A stretch of DNA of 64,000 nt. Source: Chiloscyllium plagiosum (taxonomy: Eukaryota). Both the position numbers and the translations under genes were made by a program. Shown here piece after piece: positions 1-12,445 of the stretch. Within the stretch, counting starts at the first letter, position 1. The number at the start of each line of letters is the position of its first letter. The notes beneath the pieces were generated by a model. The model did no database searches, was not told where the DNA came from, and was given only the letters and a program-made list of their open reading frames with translations. The stretch spans positions 82,072,675-82,136,674 of the forward strand of contig NC_057710.1 of NCBI RefSeq assembly GCF_004010195.1. Reading direction: 5' to 3'.

Positions 1-365
1 TAGTGGCACTGGTGACACCTCATTTGTTTATGTCAAAGGTCCTACACTGTCTACCGACATCCTGCTGAATGTCTCTTCAAAAACTAATGTAGGAATTAGA
101 GAGACTGGTTTTAATGTAGCTTTGGGTTTTACCGCAATCTGATACATGTATGGTACATTTTTAAAAATGGCACCACATCCTTGTGAAGGCATGGACAGTT
201 AAAATGCTTACATCTTATGGTTATGTACTTGTGCCACCATGGGAATTTCATGAGCCATTTCCAATACCTCCCAAAGGCTCTTGGATGGCAGCTGTATCTT
301 CCACAAATCTCCACTTCCTCACAAGACCCACATTGTTAATTTTGCATGCTGCATTCGTCAATATT
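1..365 (-). mobile_element. Decayed Gypsy LTR-retrotransposon integrase (zinc-binding and start of core domain)
   Basis: Minus-strand frames give LVRKWRF..., EVLEMAHEIPM..., KHFNCPCLHKDVVPFLKMYHTC, then IAVKPKATLKPVSLIPTLVFEETFSRMSVDSVGPLT*. This follows the Gypsy IN pattern AHE...HFYWPGLHKDV..FC..CH.C...PAPL.PIP.FEEPFSRV..DCVGPLP, with frameshifts and stops. Confidence 0.75.
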
Positions 366-640
366 GCATTTGCCTTGCTGATTGCCAACTTGTCAACCTT
401 AAAAGAATCATGAACTAAGAATCTCAAGTTCCTTTCTACTTCAAATTTCCAATGCCTTTTCCCATTTAGAAAATAGTCTATGCTTCTATTCCTTCTACCA
501 AAGTGCATAACCTCACACTTTTCCCACATTGTATTCCATCTGCCACTTCTTTGTCCACTGTCCTAGCCTGTCCAAATCCTTCTGCAGTCGCACCACTTGC
601 TCAATGCTACCTGTTCCTCCACCTATCTTTGTGTCATATG
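366..640 (-). mobile_element. CR1 LINE RT fragment inserted in the Gypsy relic
   Basis: ORF 248..529 begins KCEVMHFGRRNRSIDYFLNG...VHDSFKV, the CR1 RT C-terminal motif. Confidence 0.8.
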
Positions 641-1825
641 CAAGCTTACAAAGCCTGTTCCTTGTCTATAAACTTGTGGTTCCCTCAGTGGGTTCAAGTG
701 CTTTAAACAGCACCAATTTTGAATAGTCTTTTTGGATTTGGCTTTCCTGTCTGTATTTTCACTTATTCTTTCCTTCAGGTCCACCACGTACCTGATAAAA
801 ATTTTAGACAGCCAAATGACACAGTCAGTTGTCCATGATGCCAATTGTCTTCCGTTGAAGGAGAAGGTTTTGCCAATGAGTGGATCACTTTAAAAAGCAA
901 TCAATTAATGTAAACCAGCAACTGGGCTCTGTTTTACCACTCAAACTGAAACCACAGTTTTTTTTTAAGTTTAAAGTGTTGGGTTCATGATACTTCAAAT
1001 CATGATAGTTAGAACTTATCCATCCTTCAAGAAAATCTGTACCTGGTCCATAAATCTTTGGTCCCCTCAATGGGTTCAGATGCTTTAAACTTCACCAACT
1101 GCAGATAGCATTGCTGGGTTTTAATTTCTCATCTGCATTTTTGCTCCCTACTCCTTAGCTCAACAAGAAAACTGGCTGAAGTGAGAGTTGGAGTTCCACA
1201 CCCAAGTCCCATTTGCCTTTTTTAAAGGCCTCCTGAGTTGTCTATCTCTGTTGAAAATTCAGCTCTATATATTTACATTATCTGTTAAGGTAGAACCCTG
1301 GGGCTTCCTCCGTGAGGCAGCAATCCTGCCTGCTCTGTAATAGTCAGGGTCTTTTGCAGATTTTAGAAATGTTCCCAACTAATGGGGGTTATGGAGATTA
1401 GAAAAACCAGTGAGGTTGATATATCTTGTAATAGATAAATAAATTCTTGGAAATCTAAAGTTATGAAGATAATACATACACCATGCAACAAATTAATCAA
1501 TTGAAGAACTTCAGTTATTCGTTCTTTTACAATTTTCTATTAATTACTTTTAATAATTTTCACTCTCAGTTTGCCACAGTTACTGCTTATGAATACTAAT
1601 TCCTGCTGGAAGTGCTGGAACAAGGGATCATTTTTAATCTATAACCTTGGCAGTTGAAGCTGCAAGCTGAGAGAGAAACCTTATAATATAATCTTACAAA
1701 TTCGAGCCATATGTAAAACGGTCACATCAAGATGTGGCAATTACCCATTGAATTGGATTGTTAAAATATGAAAAGTAAGATGAAGCTGCCTAGACTGGCT
1801 GAGTCAACATGAATTGAAGACATAC

Positions 1826-2011
1826 CAGCATGAAGCAAATAAACTGACCGCAGTACAGTTCCATCTCATCTTCCAAGATCAAAGTGAATAAATTGATTCC
1901 CTTCAATAAACTACTTTTATTTGTATCAGAACTCAATCTATCTATTTGATAATAATGGAATTCACAGTCTGATGACAAATAAACAGATGGCCAAATAACC
2001 AACCTTAGCTT
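1826..2011 (-). CDS. Candidate host exon, unidentified
   Basis: Acceptor tttttattttcAG and donor CTG|gtatgt enclose 186 bp open in phase 0 (KLRLVIWPSVYLSSDCEF...CFML). An alternative frame gives a terminal AKVGYLAICLFVIRL*. No homology recognised. Confidence 0.2.
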
Positions 2012-2798
2012 CTGAAAATAAAAACAATTCCATTACATTATATCCTAATATTTAATACAGGAGTATGTGGGGAGGAATGCATGATGAGGATTTTGCTGCA
2101 AGGCTCTGAAGTGATTAAATGAAGATATAAATTTAATTTACAAGCTAAAGTCATTTCATTCTAACCTATAATTTAATTGGACTACAATTCCATTTCTTGT
2201 TACACCATGGTAACAAAAAGATAAACACGAGTAACAGGAGTAAGCCATTCTGCCTGTTCTGCTTTGTAAAATGATAATAGCTGATTGAACACTTTAATGT
2301 CTCTTACTCACACTATACCAATAACTCATTACAACATTGCTAATCAGAAATCTAATAAAATACACTTGAAATATGCTTAAAGAATCAGCATCCCATAGCC
2401 CTCTGGTCAAGAGAATTCCAAACATTCACCATTCTCTGAGTAAAATGATGTCTCCTCATCTCAATCCTAAATGGTGTTGGCTTATTTTCAAATTAGGCCT
2501 CCTGGTTCTAGACTCCCCAAGGTGGGGAAACATCATGCCTGCATCTACCCTATCCATCTCTTTAATTACTTTCAAGGTTTCAATAAGATTACTATCATGT
2601 TTTGAAACTCTAGACAATACAAACTGAGTTTGCCTAATCTCTCTTCACAGGACAATCCCACCAACCCAGGAAAAAGTTTGGTGAACCTTAGTTGCACAAC
2701 CTTTATGGCTGCGGAGATGGTTAGGAGATTGCGCACAGTACTCTATGTATGATCTAACCAAACGTCTATACAACTGAAGCAAGACTTCACTACTTATA

Positions 2799-3422
2799 AA
2801 GTCATAGAGTCATACAGCATGGAACCAGCCCAAACAAAATTATTCCCACCTGCTAGCACTTGGTCCATATCCTTTCAAACCTTTCCTATTTATGTATTTA
2901 TCCATATGTCTTTTAAACTTTGTACTGTATCCACATCCACCACTTCCTCAGGAAGTCCATTCCACTTGCAAACCACCCTCTGTAAAAAAATTGCCCCTCA
3001 TGTCTTTTTTAAATCTCTTCCCTCTCGCCTTAAAAATGAGTCCTCTAGTCTTGAAATCCGCAATCCTAGAGAAAAGACAACTACCATTAAGTCTATCTAT
3101 GCCTCTCATTATTTTACACGCTTCTATAAGGTCATCTCTCAATGTCCTATGCTCTAGTGAAAAATGTCCCAGTCTCTCCAGCCTTTCTTTATAACTCAAA
3201 TCTTCCATACCCAGCAATATCCTGGTAAGTCATTTCTGAACTCTCTCCAGCTTGATAATATTCTTCCTATAACTGAGCAACAAGAACAGGACACGGTACT
3301 CCAGAAGAGGCCTTATCAATGTCCTATACAACCTTAACATGACTTCCCAACTCCTACACTTAAAGGACTGAACAATGAAGGCAAATGTGCTAAAATCCTT
3401 TTAAGCACACTGTCTATCTGTG
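2799..3422 (-). mobile_element. 5'-truncated CR1 LINE 3' end
   Basis: ORF 2948..3217 LSYKERLERLGHFSLEHRTLRDDLIE...RGNFFT; tail ending ctctatgact on the minus strand. Confidence 0.9.
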
Positions 3423-4473
3423 TTACAAACTTCTGTGCTCAAAATGTTTTGCAATAAAGGTGAACATTTCCTCAGCCTGCCAAATAGCTTGTTGAACCTG
3501 CTTGTTAACCTTCAGTGACTTATTGACAAGAGCACCTGGATCCCTTTGTTCATCTAAGCATTCTAAATTTTTACCATTTAAAGAATACTCTGCACATCTG
3601 CCCTTCCGATCAATGTGGAAAACCGTATATTTTTTCACATTTTATTCCATCGTGGTCTGTGTTTTTGCCCACTCACTAAGCCAGACCAAATCTTCCTGAA
3701 ATGACTTAATATCTTTCTAAAAATAAACATTTCTTCATAGCTTTTATTCATCTGCATAGATTAGAAGTGCTACTTTTGGTCCCAAGTGCCTATTATTGAT
3801 ATATATTTTGAACAGCTGAGAAGCAAGTAGTAATATTTGCTGTACTGCTAGTCATACCCTGGCAATGTGAGAAATGCCTATTTATTCCTACTCTGTTTAT
3901 TTTCTGTTAGCCAATTATTAATCCACAACAAAATATTACCTCGTATAGCAAATACTTAACCAACATCCTAGAAGAAAGGTCACCAAAAGCCTTTTGAGAA
4001 TCCAAGAATACTCTTTTTATCAGTTTTGTTCCTTCCATTCTCAAAAAAAACACAATTTTCCTTTTGCAAATTCATGCTGACTATGCCCAGTCAGATCTGC
4101 TTTTATCTGAGTGTCCTTTATAACAGCATTTTCCCGGCTGCTGATGTAAAACTAACATGTTTGCCATTCCATGTTTTTTGTCTCTTTCTCTTTTCCTAAA
4201 AAGTGAGGTGACATTTGCTAGTTTCCAATCTACAGGAACTGTTGCAAAACCTATGGAATTTTGAAAAATCTTCACCAATGCATCCATTATCTCCGTCACC
4301 ACCTCCTTCAACACTATGGGCTGAAGGGTCTCAGGACTAGGAGACTTTCACCTTCCTTAATTTCTCCAGCACAACCTTCTTAATAATAATAATTTCCTTT
4401 ATCTCCTCATTCCTCAATCAATTTGATCTCTCTTGCCTGTATTTTCCTGAGTGTAAACAGACACAAAGTTTAA

Positions 4474-4843
4474 GTGTTAGGTGCATTAGTCAGGGGTAAA
4501 TGTCGGGGAATGGGTCTGGGTGGGTTGCTCTTTGGAGGGTCGATGTGGACTTTGGCGGCACGGTGGCACAGTGGTTAGCACTGCTGCCTCATAGCACCAG
4601 AGACCCGGGTTCAATTCCCGCCTCAGGTGACTGACTGTGTGGAGTTTGCACATTCTCCCCGTATCTGTGTGGGTTTCCTCCGGGTGCTCCGGTTTCCTCC
4701 CACAGTCCAATAAATGTGCAGGTTAGGTGAATTGGCCATGCTAAATTGCCTGTAGTGTTAGTTGAAGGGGTAAATGTAGTGGAATGGGTCCGGGTGGACT
4801 TGTTGGGCCGAAGGGCCTGTTTCCGTACTGTAAGTAGTCTAAT
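4474..4843 (+). mobile_element. HE1 (V-SINE) full copy 4554-4843 preceded by a partial 3' duplicate 4474-4552
   Basis: tRNA-like head with A box tggcacagtgg (4564-4574) and B box ggttcaattcc (4608-4618); V-domain gtggagtttgcacattctccccgt...gggtttcctccgggtgctccggtttcctcccacagtcc; CR1-like tail gggccgaagggcctgtttcc. Confidence 0.92.
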
Positions 4844-5892
4844 CAAGGTCCTCTGAATAAAGGTATTAGACAGCTTCTCTGCCATTTCTCTGTTCCCCAG
4901 TATACATTTTTCCAATGCAGCTTGTAATGGTCCCATCTTCATCTTAGCTGAAGGCTTCCTTTTGACATACCCACCAAAGCTTTACTCTACTTTTTACGAG
5001 ATTGTATTCACATTCTGCCACAAGGCTTGCCATAGCCCAAATTGCTCAGACCGCTATAAGACTGCAACTACTGGGTCTCTGAACATGTTCCGTTTCTGAT
5101 TTAATTTTCCCCATGTCTCACTATTGCCCACAATGCACAGAGAAGAGGAAAATTCTGATCTGTATTTTTGTTGGTGGATACATTAATTAGCACTGTTACT
5201 TGAATATATAGATAATCATCAGCTGTTTTCTGTTACCTTTGTCTTCAACGTATGACATGGCACTTTTTAGTAAATGCAAAGAAATTGATTTTCACAACAT
5301 TGGTAAATCCATGATTATGTCAATATGTCTAAACATTTTATTGACATTGTTAAAAATCTTTATCTTTATGACAATCAGAAAGCTTTCTTTACTATTTCTT
5401 TTTTAAAGTTGGCTTTAGTAAATAGTGGGTTTACTCACCACAACCAGAGCACTTCATGAGGTGAAAGTTAGTACAAGAATAATCTTTGAACAAAATGAAA
5501 CCACTGAGATATAGCACTTTCCCAGAAACAAATAGTATGTTGTCTCTGTTTCCTCTTTAGAGAAGAATCCCAAGTTCAAGAGGCACCAAAAATAACAACG
5601 TGCATATTTTTATTTGGTAATGCAACCTTGTACCAATCCCTATAGCAATTGTTGTGGGTCAAATTGTCTTTTATTGATGCTACTTAGGTAAAATAAAACC
5701 CTACCTTTATTTCATAACATTTATTGAAGCATTTTGGATAAAAGCTGAGGTTAGTCAATTTTTTAATGTGCATTTGGCATCTTTAATTATATTTTGTTGG
5801 ACATTTTTAATCACAACTTCATAGCTCAGCAAAGAGTGAAACACATATAGAGTAACTGTGGGTCAAAAATGTGGTTCCACTTACAAAATCAA

Positions 5893-5997
5893 ATGGTTTA
5901 CAGCAGTTCAAGAAGACCAACTTCACAAAGGGAACCAGGGACAGGCAATAAACGCTGGCCAGATAACAATGCCCACATCCCACATGTGAAAGAAAAA
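5893..5997 (+). mobile_element. 3' tail of the CR1/L2-group LINE family seen at 30722-31945
   Basis: gcagttcaagaag...ggcaataaacgctggcc...aatgcccacatccca. Confidence 0.7.
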
Positions 5998-6093
5998 CTC
6001 CATGCAGAACATGTTAACCTGCAATAATGCATTTGAACTTCAATTTTCTTTCTTATTGCTTGTTTATCTTCTTACTTATTTTGTTATGATTGC

Positions 6094-6690
6094 AAATCCA
6101 AAGGGTTTTTACAAATACATAAAGGACAAAAGGGTAACTAGGGAGAGAATAGGGCCCCTCAAAGATCAGCAAGGCGGCCTTTGTGTGGAGCCGCAGGAGA
6201 TGGGGGAGATACTAAATGAGTATTTTGCATCAGTATTTACTGTGGGAAAGGATATGGAAGATATAGACTGTAGGGGAATAGATGGTGACATCTTGCAAAA
6301 TGTTCATATTAGAGAGGAGGAAGTGCTGGATGTCTTGAAACATGAAGGCCATAGATAAGGTGAATAGCAAGGGTCTTTTCCATAGGGTGGGGGAGTACTA
6401 TACCTAGGATGCAGATTTTTAAAGTGAGAGGAGAAAGTTATAAAAAGGAAATGAGGGAAAACTTTTTTTTACACAGAGAGTGGTTTGTATGTGGAATGAA
6501 CTGCTAGACGAAAGAATTGATGCAGGTACAGTTACAACAGTTAAAAGACTTTTGGATAAGTACATAAATAGGAAAGGTTTGGAGTGATATGGGCCAAATG
6601 CAGACAGGGGGGAACTAGTTTAGTTTGGAGACATGGTTGGCACAGACTAGTTGGACCGAAGGGTCTGTTTGCATGCTGTGTGACTATTAG
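6094..6690 (+). mobile_element. CR1 LINE: internal fragment joined directly to a 3' end
   Basis: NPKGFYKYIKDKRVTRERIGPLKDQ...EEVLDVLK (highly similar to 34998-35247) abuts a CR1 3' end at about 6342. Confidence 0.85.
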
Positions 6691-7324
6691 TTTCAAGATA
6701 TGTCTTTTTTTTCAAATAGAATGAGGATTTTTACAGTCATAACTAGCTGTGGATGTAAATTAAGTTGCTGTGTGGAGTGGATGGGAGAGAACTTTAAGAC
6801 AGTTACCAGCACATAAAGAGAGAGAGAGAGACAGATAGAGAGCAATACCTGAAAGAGTGCAAGGAAGAGCAGAGACAGTAGCCTCATAAAGACTGTGAGA
6901 GAGAATGGAAGAAAATGAAAGTGGTTCAGCAGCTTCTGAAAGAGCAGGGAAAGGAGCTGCATGAGAATGGCAGTGATGGCAGGACATAAAACAGAATTAA
7001 ATACCCCATCTCAACACCATTCTCCTTGTCACAGCTAAAGTGTGAAATCACAAGAAACAGGTAGCTAATAGTGGGTATTTATTTCTATATCACTATTGAT
7101 TGGCCAAGTTGTTTATTTTGTGCTACATTATTACAGCCGAAGAGTACAGTTAAGAAATTCATTTTCAAAATTTACAATGTCTAAGTTAATGAATTAAATG
7201 GAATAGAGCTGGCTGGGGGTGTGATGTTCTGCTGCTGTTGCATGTGGGAGCTGGTGGACACTGATGTTATCTTCCAACAGAAATTAAAACCAGGGTGAAT
7301 AGTAATGGCAAAAAGCCAAGACTT

Positions 7325-8700
7325 AAGGCGTTTTTGACTTTTGTATTTGAATACGCTCAGTATTTGGAACAAACTTGATGAGTTGATGGCACAAACAGAA
7401 ATAAATGAATATGACTTGATAGCTATTACGCAGACGTGATTTCAGGGTAACAAGAAATGGAAACTCAATATTCAAGGGTATTTGATGTTGCAAAAAAAAA
7501 GGAAAAGGAGGTAGCAATGTGAATAAATGAATGTATCAGTGTGGTAGTGAGACACAATATAGGTGTAATGACTTATGATATGGAATCAGTTTGAGTGGAA
7601 TGAGAAATAGCAACAGAAAGAAGTCACAGTTGGGATTCTGTAGAGATTTGCAAAGAGTTCCTCACCACAGGATAAAACCTATCAGGAAAGTAATTAAGAT
7701 GTATAAAAGGGTACTATAATTGTCATGAGTGATTTAATCTGAATGTTAACTGGACAAATCAGATGGAGCAGGGTAATGTGGAAGATGACTTTGCATCGGG
7801 GTTATTTCTTTATATGGTACATTGAACATTCTATCCGGGAACAGGCTATTTTAAATCCAGTAATGCGTAATGAGGGAGGATTAATAAGATTAATAATATT
7901 TAAGGATGCTGTAGTGGGCAGTGATCACAACTCGGTTGAATTTCAAATTCAATTTGATAGAGAGAAACTCGGGTCTCTCGAAACCAGACTCTTCAAGTCG
8001 TACAAGGACAATTTCAGAAGCATGAAGAAAGGGTAATCTAAAATGAGTTAGTAAAGTCAGTGGATGAGCTGTGGTAGAGATTTAAGCAGATATTTTGGAA
8101 CACTTGGTCAATAAAAGAAGATGGAGCATTCATGGTTAGTAAAAGCTGTCCGGGAGAATATCTAAGCAAAAGCTAGGGCATACAAAGCAGCGAAAACTAA
8201 TGGTAGGTTTGAGGATTAGGATTTTCTTTTTAGAAGCCAGCAATAGATAACTAAAAACTTAATAAAGAGCGAGAAAATTGATTAGTAAAGTAAACCAGAA
8301 AAGAAATAAATGAACAAATAGCAAAAGGTTTTCTCTATATATAAAAAGAGTAGAGTGGTGCTGGAAAAGCACAGCAGATCAGGCAGCACCCGAGGAGCAA
8401 GAAAATCAATGTTTTGGGCAAAAGCCCTTCATAGGTTTTTGCCCGAAACGTCGATTTTCCTGGTCCTCGGATGCTGCCTGATCTGCTGTGCTTTTCCAGC
8501 ACCACTCTAATCTAAACTCTGGTTTCCAGCATCTGCAGTCCTCACTTTTGCCTATAAAAAGAGTAGCTAAAGTAAGCATGGAGGATGCAACTGGGGAATT
8601 AATAGTGGGAAACAAGGAAATTGCAGATAATCTGAACCAATAGTTTATATTGATCTTCACGGGGGACGACCTTATGAATATCTCAGCATAGTAGATTATG
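7325..8700 (+). mobile_element. Old CR1 ORF2 endonuclease region, decayed; continues at 9650-9955 and 11522-11950
   Basis: LYLNTLSIWNKLDELMAQ-like start, EQAILNPVMRNE...GSDHNSVEFQI, later QSQSGFVNGKPCL...VYLDFQK. Confidence 0.8.
8351..8552. mobile_element. Penelope-derived fold-back mini-element with 14-bp TSD
   Basis: Inverted arms agagtggtgctggaaaagcacagc...gctgtgcttttccagcaccactct; TSD tataaaaagagtag at 8340-8353 and 8553-8566. Confidence 0.88.
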
Positions 8701-8714
8701 GAAGTTTAAATCAA

Positions 8715-9550
8715 TGAAAATCTGGAATGAAAAGATAGCTTGCTGGTGACCATGTTGATTATTGTGTAAAATCATTTGCTCTCCAATGTCCTTCAGGGAG
8801 GGATATCCTTAACTTGTCTGGCCCAAATGTAACTCCAGACCCCTGTATTGTTAAAAGATTAAATTGGAATATCTCTCTGATATTAATGTAATATTAAAAG
8901 GTTAAACTGCACTGAATGAACATTCTGGAAGTGGGTGGGGGCAATGTTCATGCAGGAATGCAGATGACTCACATTCCATTTAGACAGTCATTCTCTTCTA
9001 TTCAGAAATACTTTCATAGCCATCCCCAGAAGCTAGGTATATCACACCTACATTGTTTTGGGGAATCACTGAATCAGGAAATCGACTGCCAGGATTAGAT
9101 CATTTACATTTGCATTGTCTCCGAGGATGACCTCATCCTATCATTATACCTGGGGTAAAGTATGACTGTGAGGGAGTGGCTGGGAGTTGTCATGAGTGGC
9201 ATGTGACTGTGGGGGAGTGGCCAGAGTATCTGTGGGCATTACCAACTGACCTGTATATAGGGGATGTGTTTGCTTTTTTCAAGACCTCTTTGATTCAGCT
9301 TTGCACATCTGCGAGGAGGGTCAAAGGGGGTCAACTCGCTTGTACAGGCTTTAATAAAGTAGTTTGTAGAAATTAGTGTGTGCAAATTGCATCTCGTTTG
9401 TGAAACCACAGGAATAGTACCTAACATCACAGCAATGTGGTTGATTCTTTACTTCCCTCTGAAATGGCCCTAACAAGCCACTCTATGAAACATTTAGGGG
9501 TTGGACCAAAAAAATGCTGACCTCATCAGCATGCTCACATTCATGTAGAA
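8715..9550 (+). mobile_element. tRNA-SINE (same family as 27584-27947) split by a solo LTR
   Basis: aatgtccttcagggagg...aactccagaccc breaks at 8843 and resumes tcacagcaatgtggttgattctt at 9427. Confidence 0.75.
8844..9426 (+). mobile_element. Probable solo LTR (about 583 bp)
   Basis: TG...CA ends (tgtattg...cctaaca), precisely interrupts a SINE, TATA-like gtatatagg at about 9253, AATAAA at about 9353, degenerate 4-bp TSD (cccc/tcac). Confidence 0.7.
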
Positions 9551-9964
9551 CACCTTTTAAAAACAGTAATCACCGGATACTGGGAAGGTTTCACTGAATT
9601 TGCACAGCAAAAGTGGTGCTCCTGTTTGGCATGGGAGAGAGGCACATAGAAAACCTTTATGAAATCAAACAGGTCAAACAGAGTCAATCAGGCTTTGTGA
9701 ATGGGAAACCATGTTTAATACATTTGCTCAAGTCCCTTGATGTTATAAAAAGCAGAGCTACTAAAGGGGAATTGATACGGATCGTGTATTTAGATTTTCA
9801 GAAGGGTTTCAATAGGTGCCATGTAAAAGGATTTTGTAAAGGTTAGGTACTCACGATATTGATGGTAATGTATTAACATGGATTGAGGATTTGTTCACAC
9901 ACTGAAAACAGTGAGTCAGGATTAATGTCATTTTTCAGGTTAAAAGATCTAACGAGGACCTGTT

Positions 9965-11521
9965 CAGGTGTACCCGAGAACTCTGTGGGAAGCTAGGGAA
10001 GTGATTGCTGGGCCTCTTGCTGAGATATTTGTATCATCGATGGTCACAGGTGAGCTGCCGGAAGACTGGAGGTTGGCTAACGTGGTGCCACTGTTTTAAA
10101 AGGGTGGTAAGGACAAGCCAGGGAACTACTGACCAGTGAGCCTGAAGTCAGTGTTAGGCAAGTTGTTGGAGGAAATCCTGAGGGACAGGATGTATATGTA
10201 TTTGGAAAGGCAAGGACTGATTAGGGACAGTCAACATGGCTTTGTGTGTGGGAAATCATGTCTCACAAACTTGATTGAGTTTTTTGAAGAAGTAACAAAG
10301 AGGATTGATGAGGGCAGAGCGGTAGATGTGATCTATATAAATTTCAGTAAGGCGTTCAACAAGGTTCCCCATGGGACAATGGTTAACAAGGTTAGATCTC
10401 ACAGAATAAAGGGAGGACTAGCCATTTGGATACAGAACTGGCTCAAAGGTAGAAGACAGAGAGTGGTGGTGGGGTGTTGTTGTTCAGACTGGAGGCTTGT
10501 GACCAGTGGAGTGTCACAAGGATCGGAGCTGGGTCCACTACTTTTTGTCATTTATATAAATGATTTGGCTGTGAGCATAAGAGGTACAATTAGTAAGTTT
10601 GCAGATGACACCAAAATTGGAGGGGTAGTGGACAGCGAAGAAGGTTACCTCAAATTACAACAGGATCTTGATCAGATGGGCCACTGGACTGAAAAGTCGC
10701 AGATGGAGTTTAAATCAGATAAATGCGAGGTGCTGCATTTTGGGAAAGCAAATCTTAGCAGGACTTATACACTTAATGGTAAGGTCCTAGGGAATGTTGC
10801 TGAACAAAGAGACCTTGGAGTGCAGGTTCATAGCTCCTTGAAAGTGGAGTCGCAGGTAGATAGGATAGCGATGAAGGCATTTGGTATGCTTTCCTTTATT
10901 GGTTAGAGTATTGAGTACAGGAGTTGGGAGGTCATGTTGCAGCTGTACAAGACATTGGTTAAGCCACCGTTGGAATATTGCGTGCAATTCTGGACTCCTT
11001 CCTATTGGAAAGGTATTGTGAAACTTGAAAGGGTTGAGAAAAGATTTACAAGGATGTTACCAGGGTTGGAGGATTTGAGCTATATGGAGGGGTTGCACAA
11101 GCTGGGGCTGTTTTCCCCAGAGTTTTGGAAGCTGAGGGGTGACTTTATAGAGGTTTTCAAAATTATGAGAGACATGGATAGGATAAATAGACAAAGTGTT
11201 TTCCCTGGGGTGAGGGAGTCCAGTACTAGAGTGCATGGGTTTAGGGTGAGAGGGGAAAGATAGAAAAGAGACCTAAGGTGCAACTTTTTAACGCAGCGGG
11301 TGGTACGTGTATGGAATGAGCTATCAGAGGAAGTGGTGGAGGCTAGTACAATGGCAACATTTAAAAGGCATTTGGATGGGTATATGAATAGGAAGGGTTT
11401 GGAGGGATATGGATCGGGTGCTGGCAGGTGTGACTAGATTGGGGTTTGGATATCTGGTCGGCATGGATGAGTTGGACTGAAGGGTCTGTTTCTGTGCTGT
11501 ACATCTCTATGATTTTATGAA
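9965..11521 (+). mobile_element. 5'-truncated CR1 LINE with RT domain and 3' tail
   Basis: ORF 10136..10906 (QHGF, SCLTNL, GVSQGS.LGPLLF.IYINDL, FADDTK) and 10934..11263; premature stops; tail ctctatgattttatga. Confidence 0.95.
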
Positions 11522-12445
11522 TCTAGTAAAGTGTTATAAGGATCAGTTCTAGAGGTTCAATTATTTATTAATGATTTGGAGGAGGGTAACATATCGAAAT
11601 TTTATTGATAGGTGGGAGAGAATGTTGCAATGAACACATAAGGAACCTGACAAGGGATATATTTAGGTTGATTGGGTAAAAAACAGACAGATGCAACTTA
11701 AGTAGGAAAGTGTGAACACATGCCATTTGGTAAGAAGAATCAAAAAGTCTCTAAAGAGTCTCTAAAACATATAACAAAGAGATTTCTGAGTGTTCCTGTG
11801 TATGAAACACAAAATGTTAGCATGCAGATGCAGCACATAATTTTTAACAAGTGGAATTTTGACTTTTAGTGCTGGGAGTTGGGGTTTAAAAACAGGGAGG
11901 TTTTGTTTATAGGTTGTTGAGGGAGACTGCTGCTGGAGTGCTGTGTGCCATGGTGCAGGAATGACCCATATCTCATTCTAAGTGTTGCAAATCAGTCAAA
12001 AAGAAAATAGGGCAACAAAAGGATTTTCTTTCACCTTGAATACTGGAATGCAGGCATGGTCGAAGGGGAACAGAACTACAGACTCTCAACAATCTGCAAA
12101 ACTAATATTTATGAAGCAAACTGTTCAATGACAACCACCAACAATAGCAGTTAACCCCTACATTGCGTTGGGATGGAATATTCATCTATCCATTCTGTAT
12201 GAACAATTAAGAGACTGATCTATAGTACTTTTTTTAACATTTATCTTTTTGGACTCACCTTTTATTTCTAAATTGTGCATATGCATGTTGTGTTAATATT
12301 TCTCTTCATGTGTAGTAATAAATAAACACTCTTTTGTGAGTTCAAAATAGTCTGGTTCATTTGGCTCATTTTTAGACAAATATTCATTCCATCTCGGATG
12401 ATAACGAACTGGGAACCTCAGTCATGGTCTAGTCATATCACTGCC

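Larger units (their letters stand above)
2230..5015 (-). mobile_element. Old decayed CR1 LINE interrupted by a younger CR1 and an HE1 SINE
   Basis: Minus-strand peptides LKEVVTEIMDALVKIFQNS...PVDWKLANVTSLFRK, YSLNGKNLECLDEQRDPG and MGPLQ...ILGNREMAEKLS; CR1-type 3' end near 2230. Confidence 0.8.

Noticed and set aside
4554..4625. tRNA gene
   Set aside because: It is the tRNA-derived head of an HE1 SINE and continues into the V-domain.
8351..8552. Fold-back inserts as classical DNA-transposon MITEs or pre-miRNAs
   Set aside because: Asymmetric arms, long variable TSDs and identity with single-arm Penelope termini (26231, 48276) point to retroelement origin.
10136..11263. Functional reverse transcriptase gene
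   Set aside because: 5'-truncated CR1 with in-frame stops; the same applies to all CR1 ORFs in the window.
11955..12440. Solo LTR
   Set aside because: An AATAAA and LTR-like texture are present but no defensible termini or TSD.
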